Origin: Pyrodictium abyssi
GTDB taxonomy: Archaea; Thermoproteota; Thermoprotei_A; Sulfolobales; Pyrodictiaceae
Assembly (NCBI RefSeq): GCF_036323395.1
Contig: NZ_AP028907.1
Location: 990,001 to 1,022,000, forward strand
Direction of reading: 5' to 3'
Length of the DNA stretch: 32,000 nt
Of the stretch, positions 1 through 8,897 are shown one piece after another. Under the pieces are notes generated by a model. The model made no database searches and was not told the origin of the DNA. It worked only from the letters and a program-made list of their open reading frames with translations. Each line of letters starts with the position of its first letter. The first letter of the stretch is position 1. The position numbers and the translations under genes are program-made.

Positions 1-873
1 CTCCACCTGGAGCCTCGTGTTGGCCTCTATGAAGTAGGCGTTCCCATGCCGGTCCACGATGAACTCTACGGTGCCGGCGCTGGTGTAGCCCACGTGCTCG
101 GCCAGCCGGAGGGCGTAGCCCAGGAGCCTCTCCCGTAGCCCGGGGATCCTCTCGGCCAGGGGGCTGGGCGCCTCCTCGACCACCTTCTGGCGGCGGCGCT
201 GGAGCGAGCACTCCCTCTCGTAGAGGTGGAGGACCCTGCCGTCCTCGTCGCCGAGGACCTGGACCTCGATGTGCCGCGGCGCCTCTATGTAGCGCTCCAC
301 GTAGACCTCGCCGCCGTCGCCGAAGCCGAGCCTCGCCTCGACCGCTACCAGCCTGTAGAGGCTCGCCGCCTCGCCGGGGCGCCGGGCCACCCTCATGCCG
401 CGGCCGCCGCCGGCCCTGGAGGCCTTGAGCACCACGGGGTAGCCTATCTTCTCGGCGCAGGCCTCGGCCTCCTCGGGACTCGTGGCCCGGCACCAGGGCA
501 GCGTCGGGACGCCGAGCCTCTCAGCCAGCGCCTTGGCGCTCGCCTTGTCGCCCAGCATCCTCATGGCCTTGGGGTGTGGCCCGGCCCAGGAGAGCCCCGC
601 GTCGAGCACCCTTTCGGCGAACTCGGGGCTCTCGGAGAGGAACCCGTAGCCCGGGTGCACCACGTCCGCGCCGGTCTTGACCGCAGCCTCTATGATGGAG
701 TCCATGTCGGTGTAGCTCCTCACGGGGACCGAGACTATGCCGGCCAGGACGTGGGGGCTAGCACGGTCGGCATCCTCGTATATCGTGACTGGCTCCCAGC
801 CGAGCTCCCGCGCGGCACGGGCCACGCGGATAGCGACTTCGCCGCGCGCCGCTATCAGCACCCTCCTGGCCAC
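1..873 (-). CDS. accC: Acetyl/propionyl-CoA carboxylase, biotin carboxylase subunit (3' part runs off the window)
   Basis: Reverse strand from GTG at 873 reads MARRVLIAARGEVAIRVARAARELGWEPVTIYEDADRASPH..., and near coordinate 1 reads GYTSAGTVEFIVDRHGNAYFIEANTRLQVE, both diagnostic of biotin carboxylase. The + ORF 226-921 is its antisense shadow. Confidence 0.93.
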   Translation of the reverse strand, partial: MARRVLIAARGEVAIRVARAARELGWEPVTIYEDADRASPHVLAGIVSVPVRSYTDMDSIIEAAVKTGADVVHPGYGFLSESPEFAERVLDAGLSWAGPHPKAMRMLGDKASAKALAERLGVPTLPWCRATSPEEAEACAEKIGYPVVLKASRAGGGRGMRVARRPGEAASLYRLVAVEARLGFGDGGEVYVERYIEAPRHIEVQVLGDEDGRVLHLYERECSLQRRRQKVVEEAPSPLAERIPGLRERLLGYALRLAEHVGYTSAGTVEFIVDRHGNAYFIEANTRLQVE

Positions 874-961
874 GGCCCTGGCACCCTTCCCCGATTCAAC
901 ACGACCAAACCATGTATCTAAACGCTTATAAATATAAGGCTTAAGGCGGGAGGCGAAAGCC

Positions 962-1705
962 GTGTACGACAGTGGACGTAGATACGTTTGTATACCCCGG
1001 GGTATCACCGGGGCAGGGGCAAGACGCCTAGCCATAGAGGTCTACGACACCCTGGAATCCACCATGGACACGCCGCCCCCACGCTTCCCCGGCGTGACAA
1101 TAGCCCTCGAGCAGACAAGGGGCCGCGGCCGCCGCGGTAACACCTGGACAAGCCCCCGCGGCGGCGCCTGGCTAACAATCCACCTCCCCGGCCCTCCGCC
1201 CCAGGCGGCGCCCAGCCTCCTTCCAGTCGCCCTCGGCGGCTGCCTAGCCGAGGCCCTCGAGCAGCTCCCCGGCGTAGAGCCAGGGGCGATAAAGGTCAAG
1301 TGGCCCAACGACCTCTACACGGCTCGGGGCAAGCTAGCCGGCATACTAGTCGAGACAGCCGGCGACACGCTCCGGGTAGGCATAGGCGTCAACGTCTACA
1401 ACCAGGCACCGCCCGGCGCCGCGCGGCTAGCAGACCACGGCTACCGAGGCCCACTAGCCCTCGTATACCTAGCAGTAACAGAGGCAGTACTCACCTCCCT
1501 AGAGCAGCCACACCGGGGCCTACAGGCGGCAAGGGAGAGAGACATGCTCAGAGGCCTCCATGTAGTGCTAGAGACGCCTACCGGCAGGCTAGCCGGAGTA
1601 GCCAGGGGCGTCACTGACACCGGGGCACTCGCCCTAGAGACTAGCGAGGGCATAGTAGAGGCCTACTGCTGCACCGTACTGACGTGGAGAAGGCTCCCAG
1701 GCTAG
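962..1705 (+). CDS. birA: Biotin--protein ligase
   Basis: Translated motifs TRGRGRRGNTWTSPRGGAWLTI, KWPNDLY, GKLAGILVE and VGIGVNV. Divergent from the biotin carboxylase gene. Confidence 0.92.
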   Translation: MYDSGRRYVCIPRGITGAGARRLAIEVYDTLESTMDTPPPRFPGVTIALEQTRGRGRRGNTWTSPRGGAWLTIHLPGPPPQAAPSLLPVALGGCLAEALEQLPGVEPGAIKVKWPNDLYTARGKLAGILVETAGDTLRVGIGVNVYNQAPPGAARLADHGYRGPLALVYLAVTEAVLTSLEQPHRGLQAARERDMLRGLHVVLETPTGRLAGVARGVTDTGALALETSEGIVEAYCCTVLTWRRLPG

Positions 1706-2453
1706 CACAGCGGCGCCGCGACAGAGAGGATATTCGCTAGCATCTGCGACATAACTTAACAGTGAGTGGAGAGGCCGGTCAGAGCATCAGGCGGCATCGC
1801 GGAAGGGAACTGGTAGTAGCCTAGGCCCCTGGAGAAGGGGGAGAGATGCTCCGAACACTCGAAGAAGACCGCGGGCTCTACCGGCCCTCATGGGGCTCAT
1901 AGGTTACTGCAAGGGGTCCAAGCGTCGGGTTCACTGTGACACCGAGGATTTCGTCTACTATCCCCAGCCGCAGTCGAGGTTAATCTCGTAGTATGCGGCG
2001 GCGAACACATAACTCATAGAGGTAGAGTCACGGGCCTCTCGTGGCAGTGTTGCAGAACTCTACCGGAAGAGTAGGACTTTCAAGAAGGACGCCCGCGTTG
2101 AACCACACGCCTAGTACTCGTAGCAGGAACTATAGACCTTGAAGCATACAAGGCAGCAGCAAGGCTAGGAATTAAGCTCAAGCCTGCAGTCAAGGAGTAG
2201 AGCTGTAAAAATACAATGAATACACGATGCAGGCATCCCAAGTGTTTCTAAGATTATTAGCTACACATGTGCAATTTGTCCTGGTGCCTAACTCGGTTTC
2301 CGGTAATCAAAACACCTATGTCATGGTATGGAATAACTTGCAGCCATGATGCTTGATTAACCTATTTGCGACTCTGCTAAGTAATCTATACACAGATTGA
2401 TGTGAGTGATATGATAGAGTTCTAACTAGCTAATTGACACCTTGATATTTCAG

Positions 2454-5400
2454 CTATCGGCGACATATCAGTACCAAAGTAGCCAGAATCGTGACTATCA
2501 ATAGTATTAGTGTAGCTTTTACCTCGGGTGCTATGATAGGTTCTTTGAGCTTTATTGTCGTGGTAGTTGTTCTTTCAACGGTTTTTGTTTCTGTCCTGGT
2601 TTCAGTCACGGTATAGGGTACTGTTATCGTTATTATTCTCGTATTAGTCTTAGTGTATGTTGTAGTTAAAGGAAGTGTCATTGTTTCTTTCTTAATATTT
2701 GTGGTCGTGATGGTTCTAACTATGGGTATAGTGATACTAGTTGTTATTGTGTGTGTTGCCGTTGCTGTAGTTGTTTTAGTTTTAGTATAAGTTGTGTTGA
2801 TGGTTTTTGTTATAGTAGTTGTCATTACAGCGGTAACGGTTTTGGTGAATGGTATACCGACTACTTTGTCGGTAGGGAGTATGTGTAGGGAATTAAGATC
2901 TACTTCTACACTTTGAGAGTCGAGATATCTTCTCGGTAGACTGGGAATACAGTATGGTAGTCCTATATCACCCCACGTATCGATCCATACTATGAGTATG
3001 AACTTGTTGTTAACGTGGAGGAGTTGTAAGGTTTCCAAGGGTATTTTAATTTCTATCACGTCACCAAAGCATCCAAGACCAAGAGTCTCTATGCCTATTG
3101 TGCGAGGAATAGATAATGGTATATTTATTCGATCATCGAAAGTATGTATATTCATGTCTCTATCGAATATAAGTGTTAGCCTATTTTGTACGGTGTATGG
3201 TTTATCGAAAAACTCTATCGCTATGTATAAGTATTTATTATCGCGGGCAACATATACGCTTTTTATAGCATTCCCTAGAATAGGACTGTTATCTACATAC
3301 TTGTCTCTTGTTATATTGAGTATATATTTTGAATTGGCAATCCAGTCACTGATATCACAGTCAATAAATATCCTTCCAGCAAATACATCATGAAGATCAC
3401 TTATATTATCTCTATCAGTATCACGCGAATTAGGATTAGTTCCATAAAGCAGCTCAACCCAATCCGGTATGTAATCTCCATCAGTATCTTGATACTTAAC
3501 ATAGTAAATCTTGTTGAGTAATCTATCTACAATATTTTCGGCACCGCTATAGTCGCCGTCCTTTAAATACGTATAGGCTCTTTGGAGTTCCTCGTAGAAG
3601 CTAGATGTATCTATAGCCCTTGATATCATGTTAATCATCTTTTTAGCTGCAACTAGCTTGCCTAGTATCCTCGGATAGGTACCATTAATGAATGCTTCAA
3701 CTTCTGCTACTGATACGTTTAAGTGAGTATAATTACTGTAGAATTCAAAGAAGTCAGTAGACTTGCCGCCAGTGAGACGGTTAAGAGCATTAATGAATTC
3801 ATCTTTCGTGATTATGTTCGTTTGATTGAAATAACGTATCAATTCGCTGATCATAGTCTGATAGAGCCATTGATTAAACGGATACAATGCAAACTCTGGA
3901 TCAGCTTTCCAGGCTACATACTCTAGATAAGCCATATGTAGTGTATCAGGAGCAAGTGTAAAATTCTCGCGTATGAAGTCTAAATATGAGTAGAAATAGT
4001 CGTGCCACTTTCCCTGTTCGATGAATCCCCGGAGCATAGTTTTATTAAGCTTTAGATTTCTGACTTCATCGAAATATTTAGACATATCAATTCCGAACTC
4101 CTTCTTCAGAAGAGTGGCTGCCTCGGTATCAGACACTAGCTGCCATTTCTTGTCTGCCACTACTAATCCATGGAGCTTGTAAATATCTAGTAGACCCCTA
4201 GTTGCGTTTCTCAATATATTATCTAAGTAAAACATAGCTAGAGGCGCATATACATACTTTATGTAGACTGGCCCGCCCCAGCCAGTTCCCATAGCAGACT
4301 TTCTTTCCTCAAAAGAACGCATATAAATGAGATATCTTGGCATTATCAGAGAGCCGTTATATATAGGATTCTTTGTCACAATGGAGGCTGCAACATATCC
4401 TAGGTAGTCCTGCATGCCTTTGTACCATATACGCTCAGATGCATTCTCAAATTCGAGATCGTAAATGCCGTTAAGCCAAATGGCGGCATAATGATGAAGT
4501 ATATGGCCTATCCTCCAAATCATATCGTTATGGAATACCCCTAACCTATCATAGAGCCCTAGATCATTGATATAATTTTGGGCTTGCCCTGCTCCTTCTG
4601 GCAGGGTTTTCCTCAATGGAAACATGTATACTCGGTCGAGAGACGGCAAATTCAGGAGTTTTGCCATAGTATATACTCCACGTGCAACTATGTCGGCCTT
4701 ATACTGTGCGCCCAGATAGATGTCGTATGTTCCATCATAGAAAGCCATGTTAAGGGTATCATTAAGCAGAATGTCTGAGGAGAATAGGGGAAAGTATGCT
4801 GTGATAGTCTCTACTCTACTTTCTGCAAGCTTATACAATTTGCCTGCTAGGAAAGGTGAGTGTAGAAAGAGGCTGTACTCGCTAAAGTATAATAAGTCTC
4901 CTATACGTTGGGTATAAGAGGCAATTACAAACCAATTTCTAAGAACACCATCGAGTCTAATGGTGACAGAACTCGGCTCAAGGCTAGACGGTTGGAAGAA
5001 CAGCATTCTCGGCCAGAGCTGTACATGTTCTTTTCCAACGTCTACTATTAATACTCTTTTAGGCAGGTAGCCTCCCTCGCCAGGCGAATAATACCATACA
5101 AGCTTTGGAAACGTGTAGTTGAACCAGGCCCATTCATGGCCAGCTACCTCCAAGGTAAGAAGGCCACGGGAACGGTCATAGCTATAGGGAGTGCTAGATC
5201 CGCTTATCTCTATGAAGTCTCTTATGTAATCGCCTATAGAGAAGACAGCCTTCTCTGCACCATGCGTGCGGAACTTGACTAGAACCCATCCCCCACCTTC
5301 AGGATTTATATGAAGTACATATTCTATATCTGACGTTGGTGGAGCTAGAGTCTGCTGAGTCGTATCTAAGCTATAAGTAGTTATTGAGGTGTAGAGTACA

Positions 5401-5456
5401 GTTAAGATAACTACGAACCATATAACAATAGTGAATCCATTAGTATTGATTGTCAT
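2454..5456 (-). CDS. Large secreted/surface-anchored protein (1000 aa): N-terminal signal/TM, Ca-binding TSP3-like repeats, CBM9-like beta domain, Thr-rich stalk, C-terminal TM anchor
   Basis: N-term MTINTNGFTIVIWFVVILTVLYTSI; repeats DTDGDYIPDWVELLYGTNPNSRDTDRDNISDLHD; CDISDWIANSKYILNIT...YLYIAIEFFD; long TTTTxT stalk; terminal ATLILLIVTILATLVLICRR. Confidence 0.85.
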   Translation of the reverse strand: MTINTNGFTIVIWFVVILTVLYTSITTYSLDTTQQTLAPPTSDIEYVLHINPEGGGWVLVKFRTHGAEKAVFSIGDYIRDFIEISGSSTPYSYDRSRGLLTLEVAGHEWAWFNYTFPKLVWYYSPGEGGYLPKRVLIVDVGKEHVQLWPRMLFFQPSSLEPSSVTIRLDGVLRNWFVIASYTQRIGDLLYFSEYSLFLHSPFLAGKLYKLAESRVETITAYFPLFSSDILLNDTLNMAFYDGTYDIYLGAQYKADIVARGVYTMAKLLNLPSLDRVYMFPLRKTLPEGAGQAQNYINDLGLYDRLGVFHNDMIWRIGHILHHYAAIWLNGIYDLEFENASERIWYKGMQDYLGYVAASIVTKNPIYNGSLIMPRYLIYMRSFEERKSAMGTGWGGPVYIKYVYAPLAMFYLDNILRNATRGLLDIYKLHGLVVADKKWQLVSDTEAATLLKKEFGIDMSKYFDEVRNLKLNKTMLRGFIEQGKWHDYFYSYLDFIRENFTLAPDTLHMAYLEYVAWKADPEFALYPFNQWLYQTMISELIRYFNQTNIITKDEFINALNRLTGGKSTDFFEFYSNYTHLNVSVAEVEAFINGTYPRILGKLVAAKKMINMISRAIDTSSFYEELQRAYTYLKDGDYSGAENIVDRLLNKIYYVKYQDTDGDYIPDWVELLYGTNPNSRDTDRDNISDLHDVFAGRIFIDCDISDWIANSKYILNITRDKYVDNSPILGNAIKSVYVARDNKYLYIAIEFFDKPYTVQNRLTLIFDRDMNIHTFDDRINIPLSIPRTIGIETLGLGCFGDVIEIKIPLETLQLLHVNNKFILIVWIDTWGDIGLPYCIPSLPRRYLDSQSVEVDLNSLHILPTDKVVGIPFTKTVTAVMTTTITKTINTTYTKTKTTTATATHTITTSITIPIVRTITTTNIKKETMTLPLTTTYTKTNTRIITITVPYTVTETRTETKTVERTTTTTIKLKEPIIAPEVKATLILLIVTILATLVLICRR

Positions 5457-5616
5457 ATCTAAGTCTCCACGTCATATAAATCTGGATATACTCGACATCT
5501 TTAAACGTTGTTGTTACTCAAATAATTCATAAAGTGTACACAAGTTATTGGTATTACTGAGCCTCTTCCAGGCCTTCCTCCGCATATTGCTTAGGTTTCT
5601 AGTCTGGGGCCGGGCT

Positions 5617-6147
5617 GTGATCCTGTCTGACCGCGATATAGCCTGGTATATAGAGAAGGGGCTGCTCCGCATCGAGCCGCTGATGAACGACACGATAAGG
5701 GAGAACGGTGTGGATCTCCGGCTGGCGGAGGAGTTCTGCCGGTTCAACCCCGAGGCGCCGGAGCTCGACACGGCTCGGGGCTTCGACGAGGAGACCTACT
5801 ACATCTGCACCCGCGTCTCCCCCGAGGAGGGCTACGTGATAAGGCCCTACGAGCACGTCCTAGCCACGACCGCCGAGACCGTCTGCCTCCCCGACGACCT
5901 GGTAGGCCTCGTTAACGTGCGGAGCACCTACGCCAGGCTCGGGCTCTTCGTGCCCCCGACGGTGATAGACGCGGGGTTCTGCGGCCAGGTAACCATCGAG
6001 ATAATCGGCTCCGCCTACCCGATACGCGTCTACCCCGGCCAGCGCTTCCTCCACGTAGTGTTCATCAAGACCACGAGCCCCGTAGCCAACCCCTACCGGG
6101 GCAAGTACCAGGGCCAGCGCGGCGTAACCTTACCCAAACCAGACTAG
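5617..6147 (+). CDS. dcd: dCTP deaminase (track ORF begins at 5548; GTG at 5617 is the more likely start)
   Basis: VILSDRDIAWYIEKGLLRIEP...GVDLRLAEEF...VNVRSTYARLGLFVPPTVIDAGFCGQVTIEI...YPGQRFLHVVF...GKYQGQRGVTLPKPD matches archaeal dCTP deaminase. Confidence 0.92.
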   Translation: MILSDRDIAWYIEKGLLRIEPLMNDTIRENGVDLRLAEEFCRFNPEAPELDTARGFDEETYYICTRVSPEEGYVIRPYEHVLATTAETVCLPDDLVGLVNVRSTYARLGLFVPPTVIDAGFCGQVTIEIIGSAYPIRVYPGQRFLHVVFIKTTSPVANPYRGKYQGQRGVTLPKPD

Positions 6148-6244
6148 GGGAGGAAGGGCCCCTGGCACCAGGCACGCTGCTTAGACAGCACCATTATAGG
6201 TCTTAGAGCTGCTCATACTACTCTACCGGGGTGTCTCCGGGGCG

Positions 6245-6775
6245 TTGGCCGAGACAGTCACAGTCACCCTCCCCCGCAGGCTCGCTGAGCACGCGCGCCG
6301 CGAGGCCGAGAGGCTAGGACTAGGCCTCCAAGTGTACATCGTGGAGTTGCTCTCGGAGGGCCTAGACCCCGAGGAGCGTGCCCGGGACTACGCCGAGGCC
6401 GCCACAGCTCTTCTCGGGTAGGCCCGCGAGGAGCTGGAGAGGGGCGACGTGAGGCAGGCTGCCGGGAAGGCTTGGGGCGCTGCTGCGCTGGCCGTGAAGG
6501 CCTACGCGTGGTGGAGGGGCGGCAAGAGGCTCACCAGCCACCGGGAGCTATGGATGTACAAGAGGGTGCTCGAAAAAGAGCTAGGAGAATGGGTCAGCGA
6601 CGCCTGGGCCGCGGGCAACGAGATGCACACCTGCTTCTACGAAGGCTGGTGCGCCGAAAAGGACGTGGAGAAGGCCCTAGAGAGGATCAAGAGACTAGTC
6701 GAGGAGGTCAAGGCCCGCGTCAGCGGAGAGAAAGCATGCAACAACACGGCGCAGAATACCCGGCAAGAGCCATAA
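6245..6775 (+). pseudogene. PaREP1-family protein gene interrupted by an in-frame TAG
   Basis: From TTG at 6245: (M)AETVTVTLPRRLAEHARREAERLGLGLQVYIVELLSEGLDPEERARDYAEAATALLG*AREELERGDVRQAAGKAWGAAALAVKAYAWWRGGKRLTSHRELW. The TAG is at 6419-6421 and the family-like sequence continues in the same frame after it. Confidence 0.75.
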
Positions 6776-6801
6776 CGCCCCAGGCTCTCATGCCCCGGGG
6801 G

Positions 6802-7210
6802 CTAGTCTCCTATGTAGATCACGTTGTCCAGGCCTTTGAACAGCTTATCCCCGGTCACCAGGTCCGTGTAGTTGAGTATGGCGGTCGTGTAGACTATTGC
6901 GTCCGCGAGGCTTGGGGCCCTGAGCCCCAGGCTTCTGGCCCGCTGTAGTAGCCGCATGTACTGTTTTGCCGCCTCCAGCGCTATGCCCACGTCTATGTCT
7001 ACTATCCATGTCCTAGGCCTCTATGAAGAGTAGGCGCTTTATCGTCTCGTTGGCGTCAAAGCCCTCCCGGATCTGCTTTCTAGCCGGCTCGGCGAGTACT
7101 ATCGATGGAGTGTAGCCTCTCCTCTCTAGGAGGGGCTGCCCCGCTATCCCCCTTGGCTGTGCCGCGGAAGTACCCTGGCCCATGCATATGTGTCGTAGAC
7201 TATCCATTTC
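6802..7210 (-). pseudogene. VapC-type PIN-domain toxin, degraded by several frameshifts
   Basis: Pieces in different reverse frames: IVYDTYAWA / YFRGTAKGDSG / QPLLERRGYTPSIVLAEPARKQIREGFDANETIKRLLFIEA / PRTWIVDIDVGIALEAAKQYMRLLQRARSLGLRAPSLADAIVYTTAILNYTDLVTGDKLFKGLDNVIYIGD. Confidence 0.78.
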
Positions 7211-7577
7211 CGGTCCTCTAGGCGATACTCCCCGGCGAGCCCGCAGAGCTTGCCTCTGTCCACGCCGAACATGTCGTCAGATATCCCGGCTTTCTCTAGA
7301 ACAGGGGCCTCTATCACATCCTCTATGAGGAGAAGCCCTGCTGCTCCTGCAGCCTCCTCGGCAGGTCATACACCCCCTTACGGATACAGACGACTCTGCC
7401 CGACGCTCCGCTTACCCCTGGCCCTCCCTAGAGCTAAGTGCTATACACCAGAGAGCCCCTAGTACCCTACACCCTTCACCGTCGCGATGAGCCGGGGAGA
7501 TGCACTCGACACAGCCCTGGGGCCGCCCCCGGGGGCCAGCGCGAACCGGCATAGCCTCCCCGTGCACAGGGTATAGC

Positions 7578-7847
7578 CTAGCAGGCACGCTCGTGGCTAC
7601 TAGGAGCCTCCCCGGGATAGAGATCCTCCACTACCTCCAGATACCCCGCCTTCCCCTTGGGGAGCCCTTCAGCATGGAAGCGATCTCTTCGAGACCCTCC
7701 TTCATCGAACAATTGCCCTAGCCCCTCCAGAACCCTTACCCGTCTGCAAGCGGGGCCTGCTAGGGCTGCTGCTACAGCCCTCTTAGAGGCCACATATCCG
7801 AGGACCATGTAGAGCCCTGCCATGAGTGCTAGGAGCACAGCCGCCAC
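7578..7847 (-). CDS. Hypothetical small protein with N-terminal TM segment
   Basis: ORF of 89 aa with hydrophobic MAAVLLALMAGLYMVLGYVASKRAVAAALAG. No family recognised. Confidence 0.3.
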   Translation of the reverse strand: MAAVLLALMAGLYMVLGYVASKRAVAAALAGPACRRVRVLEGLGQLFDEGGSRRDRFHAEGLPKGKAGYLEVVEDLYPGEAPSSHERAC

Positions 7848-7939
7848 CAGTAACCCCTGGCCGGAGTCATTGGCAGAATTGGCAGAAGAAGTGTAGGCTG
7901 CCGGGGAGGCTCCGAAGGACAGGGCAAGGGGGGCATGGT

Positions 7940-7971
7940 CTACACGTACTCTACACGTATACTACATGTAG
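7940..7971. promoter_or_regulatory. Three tandem ~11-nt iterons (CTACACGTACT CTACACGTATA CTACATGTAG)
   Basis: Units begin at 7940, 7951 and 7962. The third contains the palindrome CTACATGTAG. Confidence 0.5.
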
Positions 7972-8046
7972 TCTGTGCCCCTATCCCCGCGGGGTGTCCC
8001 AGGCTGTGAGCCGTGCTGAGGCCCGGGGCGCCGGGCCCCCGGCCAT

Positions 8047-8242
8047 GTGGAGGACAGTGTGCCCCTGGAGGTCCTCGAGCGGGTGGCCAGGGAGCTCCGC
8101 CGCCACGGGGTGGATGCCGACGTGGCTTGTAACCCTCTCGGGGGTCTACGAGCTCTACATCCTCGACGAGGACGACCAGAAAGTGGACCAGCTCTGCGAG
8201 GAGGGGCGGCTCAGCAGGGAGACCCAGCGGCTGCTCTGCTAG
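8047..8242 (+). pseudogene. Small protein gene apparently split by a frameshift
   Basis: MEDSVPLEVLERVARELRRHGVDADVAC in one frame, then SGVYELYILDEDDQKVDQLCEEGRLSRETQRLLC* in another. Both pieces look protein-like. Confidence 0.4.
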
Positions 8243-8529
8243 CAGCCTAGCTCCTCGTAGACGTTCTCCCTGTAGCCCAGCCTCTCAATCCTCACAATGC
8301 ACTCCCGTGGGTCGAGCCAGTACGCTACCCGGAGCACGCCTACCCGTAGCCTGTAGAAGCCCCGGCAGCGGCCGTGCAGCGGCTCCCCGCGTAGGGGTTC
8401 TCCATGAGCAGCTGCCGGGCTTGCTCGTAGTACGCAGCCGCCTCCGGGTGGCGCTTCAGCCACCTCCTCGCATGCCGGGAGCGCTTCACCCGCCACTCCC
8501 TGCACTCCTCGTGCACAGAGAGAGCACCC
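8239..8529 (-). pseudogene. RelE/ParE-superfamily toxin with a single-base frameshift in a G run
   Basis: REWRVKRSRHARRWLKRHPEAAAYYEQARQLLMENPYAG in frame 1, then EPLHGRCRGFYRLRVGVLRVAYWLDPRECIVRIERLGYRENVYEELGC* in frame 2. The join falls at GCGGGGAGCCG. Confidence 0.72.
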
Positions 8530-8897
8530 CTAACCCCCGCACCCCACAAATCATAAGCACGCCCCAGGGGCGAGCATGAAACAATGCCGCCTAAATGAAC
8601 CGGTGAGGCAGCGTCGCTAAGGATTGTCCGGGCATACCGGGGCTCCCGGCGCCACGGGCCCAGCCCAGGGCCAGAGGCATGCAGTACTCCGCGTTAACCC
8701 CCACATGGAGCACCGGCTGAACACGTCTAGCGTATGAGTAGCTACATCGCCGCCTACCCCAGAGGAGCATCCCCGCAGAATGAGGCTGGTCATCGACTCC
8801 TAGGGGGACAGTAGGCCCAGCCCAGAACCCCTGGTAGCTCCACGGTCATGTCCATAGGCGAGCAGAAAAAGGCCCCGAGACACCCCGGAGACAACAG

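Noticed and set aside
226-921. 231-aa + ORF
   Set aside because: Antisense shadow of the biotin carboxylase gene; low-complexity, biased composition.
1706-2453. ~750 bp with no clear ORF
   Set aside because: No convincing gene, tRNA or strong hairpin recognised; possibly eroded DNA, too weak to call.
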